From an uncultured Candidatus Saccharibacteria bacterium (GTDB lineage Bacteria > Patescibacteriota > Minisyncoccia > Phycocordibacterales > Phycocordibacteraceae), in NCBI GenBank assembly GCA_964415875.1, contig CAYQCB010000011.1, forward strand, positions 1 to 24,000: DNA of 24,000 nucleotides. The letters run 5' to 3'. Both the position numbers and the translations under genes were made by a program. The notes beneath the pieces are model-generated. The model was not told where the DNA came from. It ran no database searches and was given only the letters and a program-made list of their open reading frames with translations. Shown one piece after another: positions 10,033 through 15,105 of this stretch (the first letter of the stretch is position 1; every line of letters begins with the position of its first letter).

Positions 10033-10057
10033 ACGAGTTCGATTCTCGTATCCCGCA
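10033..10057 (+). pseudogene. Orphan tRNA 3' fragment (T-arm plus 3' acceptor strand), Gly-tRNA-like
   Basis: ACGAG TTCGATT CTCGT ATCCCGC A is present. The required 5' partner GCGGGAT is not found upstream, and no D-arm or anticodon arm lies within 120 nt. Confidence 0.45.
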
Positions 10058-10322
10058 CCGAATCTGTCTACTGGTGTCTGAGCTTGCCGCGTTTAACAAA
10101 TGCGTGGCGCAGCCTGTTGTAACCGCTGTGCATGTGCTGCGTCTGTATTTGCAGGTATTGAAGTTGCAACTTCAGGTGAACCACATGTGGTTAAAGGTAT
10201 AGTAGCCTCTGTGTTTTGGGTGCTCCGGGCGCATCGCGCATGGAGGTGCTTCATGAAGTAATTTTTGCCTCAGCGCGTAGTAATAAGTGAGAAAGCAGCG
10301 TTATAAGCTTTAGCAAAACTGT

Positions 10323-10922
10323 ATGAGAAAAACTGCACGAAATGTCGTTGTTGTGGGAGCCGCAGGAGTGGCTTTCGCTGCAGCCGGTCTCTTGCCTGCC
10401 TTTACGCTTGCTGCGCAGGATGCGCGTCCGCAAGGTCCCTCAGCCACACAGCGGCGCTTTGGGACCGTCTCTGCGATTTCAGGCTCGTCTATAACGCTTG
10501 CGACAAAGGACGGTGCAACCTACACCGTCGACGCTCGTGATGCGCACTTGGTACACGCTGGTGGAGACGCAGTGCTCTCTGCAGTCTCTGTGGGCGACCC
10601 CATCGCCGTTATTGGTCCAAATCCCGAGGAAGGTGCTTCTGTGGGTGAATATGCGCATGCGGCGCAGCGTGGCGTCATTGTGGGTGGTTCTGTGGTCGCG
10701 GTTTCTTCTGGGGAACTAACAGTGATGCCGAAGAGCCGTCCGGGCGGCATAGCCCGCCCCGCAGTAACGGTCACTACTGACGCTCATACCGTGTTTACCA
10801 GAGCAGGGCAGACGTTATCCCCAAGTGCCGTGCCGCTCGGCGCTGATGTTATTGTTTCTGGTACGCGCGAGGTGGGAAGTATGGATATGCTCGCGTCAAA
10901 GATACTCGTGCGCACTCACTAG
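10323..10922 (+). CDS. Secreted protein with repeated beta-rich (DUF5666-like) modules
   Basis: The signal peptide is MRKTARNVVVVGAAGVAFAAAGLLPAFTLAAQ. Repeated G-x-V-x-A-(I/V)-S-x-x-x-(I/L)-T-(L/V) motifs follow (GTVSAISGSSITL, GSVVAVSSGELTV). Confidence 0.55.
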   Translation: MRKTARNVVVVGAAGVAFAAAGLLPAFTLAAQDARPQGPSATQRRFGTVSAISGSSITLATKDGATYTVDARDAHLVHAGGDAVLSAVSVGDPIAVIGPNPEEGASVGEYAHAAQRGVIVGGSVVAVSSGELTVMPKSRPGGIARPAVTVTTDAHTVFTRAGQTLSPSAVPLGADVIVSGTREVGSMDMLASKILVRTH

Positions 10923-10958
10923 GTTTGCTATACTACGGGGGTAACTGAAATCACCATC

Positions 10959-11201
10959 ATGGATAAAACAATCACTATTTACAGCACGCCGACTTGCCAC
11001 TTCTGCCAGATGACGAAAGAGTTTCTCGGAGAAAAGGGTATCAGCTATACGGACTATGACGTAGCGCATGATCTTGAAAAGCGCCAGGAAATGATTCAGA
11101 AATCGGGGCAGATGGGCGTGCCGGTCATCTTCATCGGAGATGAAATGATCATTGGTTTTGACAAGGAGCGGCTTGTCTCCACACTCGGAATCGAAGCATA
11201 A
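10959..11201 (+). CDS. Glutaredoxin-like protein (NrdH/YruB-type thioredoxin fold)
   Basis: 80 aa with an IYSTPTCHFCQ active-site CxxC and a GVPVIFIGDEMIIGF cis-Pro region. Confidence 0.85.
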   Translation: MDKTITIYSTPTCHFCQMTKEFLGEKGISYTDYDVAHDLEKRQEMIQKSGQMGVPVIFIGDEMIIGFDKERLVSTLGIEA

Positions 11202-11208
11202 GCGAAAC

Positions 11209-11250
11209 CACAAAAGCGCCCGGGGCCTACAGGCCCCGGGCGCTTTTGTG
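11209..11250 (+). terminator. Intrinsic terminator after the glutaredoxin-like gene
   Basis: A perfect 19-bp stem, cacaaaagcgcccggggcc / ggccccgggcgcttttgtg, has the T-run inside and after the 3' arm. Confidence 0.8.
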
Positions 11251-11268
11251 TTAGTCTCAAACCGTATT

Positions 11269-11340
11269 GCCCTTGTAGTTCAATGGATAGAACAGAGGCT
11301 TCCTAAGCTTCCGATCTAGGTTCGACTCCTAGCTAGGGCA
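11269..11340 (+). tRNA. tRNA-Arg, anticodon CCU, no encoded CCA
   Basis: Manual cloverleaf: GCCCTTG TA GTTC AATGGATA GAAC A GAGGC TTCCTAA GCTTC CGAT CTAGG TTCGACT CCTAG CTAGGGC A. There is one U-U mismatch at acceptor pair 6-67. Confidence 0.85.
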
Positions 11341-11514
11341 CAAAAATCCCCACAGGGCTATGTGCCGACCAGTAAAAAAACAAAAACTGAGTTTAGAGGA
11401 GAGAGATTTTAGCTTCGTCCCCTGGATGCTTGCGCGCCCAGGCTCTGATGCTTTTCGCTCAAACAGTATTTAATTAATTCCACCCGTCGACCCATAGCCC
11501 TCTAGGGACTTGGT

Positions 11515-11565
11515 ACCTTTTCGTCCTTTTGGACTCATCAGCTCGAGCACACACTCGAGTAAGGC
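11515..11565 (-). ncRNA. Type III hammerhead ribozyme motif
   Basis: The minus-strand RNA reads GCCUUA/CUCGAG-UGUGUG-CUCGAG-CUGAUGA-GUCC-AAAA-GGAC-GAAA-AGGU. The full catalytic core is present, stems I and II are closed by loops, and stem III is open. Confidence 0.7.
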
Positions 11566-11603
11566 TAGGTTTTTTAGGGAAACCTACAAACCTGGGTGGG
11601 GAA

Positions 11604-11843
11604 TCATTGTCCCCACCACTCAGCAAACGGATCGAGCAGCGTCGGTGAGGCGTAGTGCACCGTCGGAGTGGCGACAGTCCTGCATTCATCGCGTAAGGCC
11701 TGCGCCACCAAAAACTCGAAGTGCGACACAAGCTCTCCCTGCTTTCTCAAGGCATATCGCGGAGCGGCGAGCGGCTCGAAAGTCACAATATTCGACACGC
11801 CATCATTTTCCATTTGGGCATTTCCCCATAGGGTGAGGGTCAT
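11604..11843 (-). CDS. Hypothetical protein, 79 aa (island ORF)
   Basis: MTLTLWGNAQMENDG...AEWWGQ. Its ATG overlaps the stop of the upstream 63-aa ORF (ATGA at 11840-11843). The longer 161-aa track version overlaps two better-supported ORFs, so I rejected it. Confidence 0.5.
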   Translation of the reverse strand: MTLTLWGNAQMENDGVSNIVTFEPLAAPRYALRKQGELVSHFEFLVAQALRDECRTVATPTVHYASPTLLDPFAEWWGQ

Positions 11844-12031
11844 TTTCCGTTGATAGCTCGCCCTAGGGCTACGAGAAGCCCTCCAATAGCACTGCGCATC
11901 AGGCGCACTGCTGCCAGGATTGGCCATCGGAAAACCGCAGCCGCTGCGTGGGGCCCACGAATCATCATGGCCGCTCCCACCAGCACCATCCAGAGAGCGG
12001 TCAGTGAGACGATAAGGTTTGAAAAGTCCAT
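11840..12031 (-). CDS. Small membrane protein, 63 aa with 2 predicted TM segments (island ORF)
   Basis: GAAAGGAG lies 7 nt upstream of the ATG. The sequence is hydrophobic (LIVSLTALWMVLVGAAMMI and AIGGLLVALG). Confidence 0.55.
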   Translation of the reverse strand: MDFSNLIVSLTALWMVLVGAAMMIRGPHAAAAVFRWPILAAVRLMRSAIGGLLVALGRAINGK

Positions 12032-12089
12032 GAAGACTCCTTTCTGTTTCGGGATGGCACCATTGCGACCCCCTTATGCCGCCCTGCAC

Positions 12090-12203
12090 CTATTGCAGGG
12101 CGGCATAAATTGGGGCGAGCAAGCTGCTCAGAAGCCAGTGATATTCGATGCCGAGCAGCACTGCTGCCGCGACGAGCGCAACTAGAAACAAAAAGCTATC
12201 CAC
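12090..12203 (-). CDS. Small hydrophobic peptide, 37 aa with a GTG start (island ORF; below the ORF-track size cutoff)
   Basis: Read by hand: AAGGAG-9 nt-GTG, then VDSFLFLVALVAAAVLLGIEYHWLLSSLLAPIYAALQ. The start is 4 nt after the stop of the 123-aa ORF. The last codons form the 5' arm of the 12074-12108 hairpin. Confidence 0.4.
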   Translation of the reverse strand: MDSFLFLVALVAAAVLLGIEYHWLLSSLLAPIYAALQ

Positions 12204-12207
12204 CAGC

Positions 12208-12579
12208 TTACTCTCCTTTCACCACCTCTCCCCACAGGAAGTCGGTGATCTTCCCAGCCAGTTCATCGGAGATCCCAATATCGACGAGGATCCCTTTTCC
12301 GACCTCGAGCGCCAGATCTTCCTCGCGGCTCCGCTTGCTGGTGACCTTTGCGGCCAGTTTCGGGTAGGCGGCCAAAAACCGTGCCTCCTTGGCGAAGTCA
12401 CGGCGATTTTTTGCGATGTCACGAAGACCATTCTTGAGACCATCGATGAAACCACCAAGGCTGTTCTCTGTGACCTCCACCAAAATGGAGATTTCCACGG
12501 AGGCGAGCTCCTTTTTTGTGCTTGCCTCTGACACCAACTGGGTCACAGCCTCAGTCCAGAGCTCGTTTGGAATAGCCAT
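12208..12579 (-). CDS. Hypothetical protein, 123 aa, predicted helical and acidic (island ORF)
   Basis: TAGGAG lies 10 nt upstream of the ATG. The composition is clean and coding-like. I recognise no family. Confidence 0.6.
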   Translation of the reverse strand: MAIPNELWTEAVTQLVSEASTKKELASVEISILVEVTENSLGGFIDGLKNGLRDIAKNRRDFAKEARFLAAYPKLAAKVTSKRSREEDLALEVGKGILVDIGISDELAGKITDFLWGEVVKGE

Positions 12580-12780
12580 GGCACGTTTCTCCTACCCCTG
12601 ATCCCCGGGCGCGGGTGCACCGTGTGGTGCAAAGGACACAGTAGGCGCGCGACTCATTTTATGAGTCGCGCGCCTATGAGTGCCCAGTACCATTCTCTAC
12701 CAACGCGCGAGTCTCGTGCGCTGGATAAAGCGGATGAACACCAGAACCAACTGAATGTTCACCCGAAGCTGCCAAACCAT

Positions 12781-12936
12781 ACAACGACACAGAGTGACAG
12801 AACTCTGAGCGAGGGCGGAGCTCATTCCGCGTGGGCCAGACGCTATCGCATTGGTTTCCTCCTTTGCGACGATTGTGTAGAAACTGCCGTGTCAGTTTCT
12901 ACGGAAAGAACAAGCCACCACACGGGGTGGGGGAGG
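12781..12936 (-). repeat. Copy A of the structured intergenic element (about 156 nt)
   Basis: It aligns with 13756-13935 in long identical blocks: acaacgacacagag, gacagaactctgagcgagggcgg, atcgcattggtttcctcctttgcga, and gtgtagaaactgccgtgtcagtttctacgg. It begins right after the stop codon of the 180-aa ORF. Confidence 0.85.
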
Positions 12937-13479
12937 CTAGACGGTCACCGGCCGCATCGGGTCGATGACCCCGGCCCCCTCGAGGGCCGTGATGAGGGCC
13001 CGGCCGAGCGCGGCGCGCTCAGCCTCCCCCTTCTGGTAGTTGGCGAGCCAGTCGACCGCTCTCGCGACCGACAGTTCGGAGGTCTCAAACGAGACCTCCG
13101 CCGCCTCCAGGGCGGAGGCGATCACCTCCGCCCTCCAGACGGATGCGCCCGGGAACGTCACCCGGGCGCGGTAACCACCGCCGGACGCGAGTCCGACGGC
13201 GATTTGCGTCGCCGATGAAGGGGTGGTCAACACGACCTCCCCCTGCTGCGTCGACTCCACCGTGGTGAAGTCGACGCAGTCCTGGGCGGAGACAAGTTCC
13301 GCCTCTAGCGTGCGGCAGTCGGAGGCGATAAACGCCCCCAACATGATGACAGCGAGCGCCTCGCGCTCCCCCAACGTCCCATTGAGGGACCCGAAGGGGG
13401 CGAATGCCCCCGCGAGGAACCTGACCGCCTCGACGGCGGTCAGGTTGGCCGACGAAATCTCAGTCACGATTTTGGCCAT
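12937..13479 (-). CDS. Hypothetical protein, 180 aa (island ORF)
   Basis: AAGGAGG lies 6 nt upstream of ATG 13479 (MAKIVTEISS). Codons are strongly GC3-biased. The upstream extension to 13557 lacks an RBS. Confidence 0.65.
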   Translation of the reverse strand: MAKIVTEISSANLTAVEAVRFLAGAFAPFGSLNGTLGEREALAVIMLGAFIASDCRTLEAELVSAQDCVDFTTVESTQQGEVVLTTPSSATQIAVGLASGGGYRARVTFPGASVWRAEVIASALEAAEVSFETSELSVARAVDWLANYQKGEAERAALGRALITALEGAGVIDPMRPVTV

Positions 13480-13729
13480 AATGGCCTCCTTTACTGGCCA
13501 TGTGCCCGGGGGCATACATACGGCCGATTGAACACTTGCTACGGGAATCCGCAGCAAGAAAGTCTGCGGGGAGCGTTACCTCCCCGATTGGTGCCGAGCG
13601 GAGTTGAATCACTCGGTCAATGAGCCCAGCGCCTTGCAGCGCGGGAAAGTCTGGGAATCGCACCTTGCGATCCCTTTCAAATTCTCCACGCGGGGTGAAG
13701 TGCTTGAAAGGGAAGGTCAACATAACCAT
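13460..13729 (-). CDS. Hypothetical protein, 89 aa (island ORF)
   Basis: GGAGGT lies 4 nt upstream of ATG 13729 (MVMLTFPFKHF). Its 3' end overlaps the next ORF by 20 nt in another frame. Confidence 0.5.
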   Translation of the reverse strand: MVMLTFPFKHFTPRGEFERDRKVRFPDFPALQGAGLIDRVIQLRSAPIGEVTLPADFLAADSRSKCSIGRMYAPGHMASKGGHYGQNRD

Positions 13730-13755
13730 GCTGACCTCCAAGCCGTCTAACCGAT

Positions 13756-13935
13756 ACAACGACACAGAGCGACAGAACTCTGAGCGAGGGCGGTGCTCAT
13801 CTCCGCACGGAGCAAGTACGGCCCAGGGGCCGTCACGTACATCGCATTGGTTTCCTCCTTTGCGATTGTTGTGTAGAAACTGCCGTGTCAGTTTCTACGG
13901 GTTAAAGAACAGCCCACCGCACGGGGTGGTTTCGG
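13756..13935 (-). repeat. Copy B of the structured intergenic element (about 180 nt)
   Basis: It has the same blocks as copy A plus about 20 extra nt that form their own hairpin (acggccc ct gggccgt). It begins right after the stop codon of the 198-aa ORF. Confidence 0.85.
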
Positions 13936-14532
13936 CTAGTCGACCCGTTTGATGCCGCTAAAGAACACGGCATCCAAGTCCTCGAATACCTCGTTAATTG
14001 CCAGTGCGGCGACGGGATTCGTTTCCGTCGCCGACTGGCCACGCATTACCGAGGCGAAGTTCCTCAGTCTTCCGAGCCGGAGCTCGTCGAGGCACCCCTG
14101 GAGGTAGGTTTGCCTCCCCCGGGGGTTCCCTTCGGCCGCCTTTTGGGCGGCACGAAAGGCCTCCTCGGAGGCCTTCACAAGGTGGTACTCGGGGTTCAGT
14201 CCGTAGGGCAGAGACCCGAAGGCCTCCATGTACAGCCGATGCGGAAAGCCCGCGAAGTCGCCCGTGAGGGCGTACTCTAGCACCACATCGATTGCGTCGG
14301 GGATCGAAACTCCCGCCGCCAAGAATTCACCCCGTACCATTGCGACAAATGCCGCAACGGTTGCCTCCCTTTGTGGGAGGTGCGCGATGTGCTGATCGCG
14401 CGCCTCCCTGTGCGCCATATCCTCGACGCGGTAAAAGCCCGCAGCGCGTGCCTTGGCCCGGGCCGCTTCCGCAGCGCGGCCGGTCAGAGCCTTGGCTCTG
14501 ACGACGATCGGGTCGTTCGAGAATCTCGCCAT
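13936..14532 (-). CDS. Hypothetical protein, 198 aa (island ORF)
   Basis: MARFSNDPIVVRAK... with GC3-rich codons. The start is uncertain because the RBS is weak (GGAAGG). ATG 14532 lies 8 nt after the stop of the possible 64-aa ORF. In-frame alternatives exist further upstream, as far as the track ORF start at 14661. Confidence 0.6.
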   Translation of the reverse strand: MARFSNDPIVVRAKALTGRAAEAARAKARAAGFYRVEDMAHREARDQHIAHLPQREATVAAFVAMVRGEFLAAGVSIPDAIDVVLEYALTGDFAGFPHRLYMEAFGSLPYGLNPEYHLVKASEEAFRAAQKAAEGNPRGRQTYLQGCLDELRLGRLRNFASVMRGQSATETNPVAALAINEVFEDLDAVFFSGIKRVD

Positions 14533-14539
14533 AATAACT

Positions 14540-14734
14540 TTACCTTCCATTCCAGGTAACATGCAGTACCGCGCATGTGCGGACGGCCACCCTTGTGACC
14601 TGGGAATCTTGCGATCCCTCGTACCGTACCGATTCGTCTTGTGGACACGGCGTGTCCACAAGTGGGGAATCAGTCCGGCAACGAGGAATAACAGTGCAGT
14701 CGCTCTTTTTGAGCAGTTGTTCTGCGTTACTCAT
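14540..14734 (-). CDS. Possible 64-aa ORF, or an untranslated structured leader
   Basis: MSNAEQLLKKSDC... has no convincing SD and contains the 11-bp perfect hairpin at 14638-14662. Its stop lies 8 nt before the next ATG. Confidence 0.25.
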   Translation of the reverse strand: MSNAEQLLKKSDCTVIPRCRTDSPLVDTPCPQDESVRYEGSQDSQVTRVAVRTCAVLHVTWNGR

Positions 14735-14836
14735 AGTTACCTATTCAGTTTTCAAGGTACCTTCTGCCTTCGCAGAGAGAAGTCGGAGGCGATGCAATAA
14801 TAGCTGCTCTCGCCAGCCGGCTTCTTCCAACGAAAA

Positions 14837-14870
14837 GGCGACCGATTTCTCCAGGGAGAAATCGGTCGCC
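14837..14870. terminator. Strong intrinsic terminator inside the island leader, bidirectional by sequence
   Basis: A perfect 15-bp stem, ggcgaccgatttctc / gagaaatcggtcgcc, has a 4-nt loop. It is flanked by aaaa on one side and tttt on the other. Confidence 0.75.
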
Positions 14871-14998
14871 TTTTCCCCAAATAGCGTAGCTATTTGGCGC
14901 CTGGGGCAGTGGGCCCCTGGCTTTGCGACACGACTTTCTCCTCTAAAAGAAAGTGTGTTTATTTACTGGGATGGAAGGTTCAACTAACTCGTACTGCT

Positions 14999-15026
14999 AG
15001 TATACATGAACCGTGAGATTTGTCAA
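14999..15026 (-). promoter_or_regulatory. Island promoter P1 (TTGACA-16 nt-TATACT)
   Basis: The minus strand reads acTTGACAaatctcacggttcatgTATACTag. The -35 is consensus, and the -10 matches the TATACT boxes seen upstream of backbone genes. Confidence 0.65.
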
Positions 15027-15077
15027 GTGCCTGGAGCTCTGCCTCTGCAACTGCCCGGAACTTGACTAACTGCAAAT

Positions 15078-15105
15078 AGTATACACGAAGGCGTATATTT
15101 GTCAA
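15078..15105 (-). promoter_or_regulatory. Island promoter P2 (TTGACA-16 nt-TATACT), a tandem copy 79 bp upstream of P1
   Basis: The minus strand reads acTTGACAaatatacgccttcgtgTATACTat. It shares ACTTGACAAAT and GTATACTA with P1. Confidence 0.6.

Noticed and set aside
10100-10261. 53-aa Cys-rich ORF (MRGAACCNRCACAAS...) in the long intergenic region, as a possible RiPP-like precursor
   Set aside because: It has no RBS or promoter signal and no neighbouring maturation enzymes. It overlaps the palindromes, which are better explained as regulatory DNA.
11470-11559. Cluster of cloning-type palindromes (TTAATTAA 11470-11477, GTCGAC 11486-11491, GGTACC 11512-11517, CTCGAG 11542-11547 and 11554-11559), which could suggest vector or synthetic contamination
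   Set aside because: The two CTCGAG copies are simply the two arms of hammerhead stem I, GGTACC is part of stem III, and GTCGAC is part of the inverted repeat. No other vector hallmarks are visible. A screen against UniVec would still be a cheap sanity check.
11604-12089. 161-aa minus-strand track ORF and the 85-aa ORF at 11474-11731
   Set aside because: The long form overlaps two RBS-supported small ORFs in other frames, so only its last 79 codons (from the ATGA-coupled ATG at 11843) are kept. The 85-aa ORF is Arg-rich and covers the hammerhead region.
12877-13898. CRISPR-like or integron attC interpretation of the repeated hairpin GTAGAAACTG...CAGTTTCTAC
   Set aside because: There are only two copies about 1 kb apart, with genes rather than spacers between them. 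The element is a series of local hairpins, not a single imperfect palindrome bounded by RYYYAAC/GTTRRRY cores. No cas or intI gene is present.
12622-14267. Plus-strand track ORFs inside the island (12622-13218, 13223-13531, 13620-13952, 13998-14267)
   Set aside because: They are Arg/Pro/Gly-rich translations typical of the antisense strand of GC-rich genes. They have no RBS and overlap the better-supported minus-strand ORFs and the repeats.
14976-14990. Possible attR copy of the tRNA-Arg T-arm (AGGTTCAACTAACTC against AGGTTCGACTCCTAG)
   Set aside because: Only about 10 of 15 positions match, and most of that is the generic GGTTCRACT T-loop pattern. It lies inside the promoter-proximal leader. 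This is not enough to call a direct repeat.
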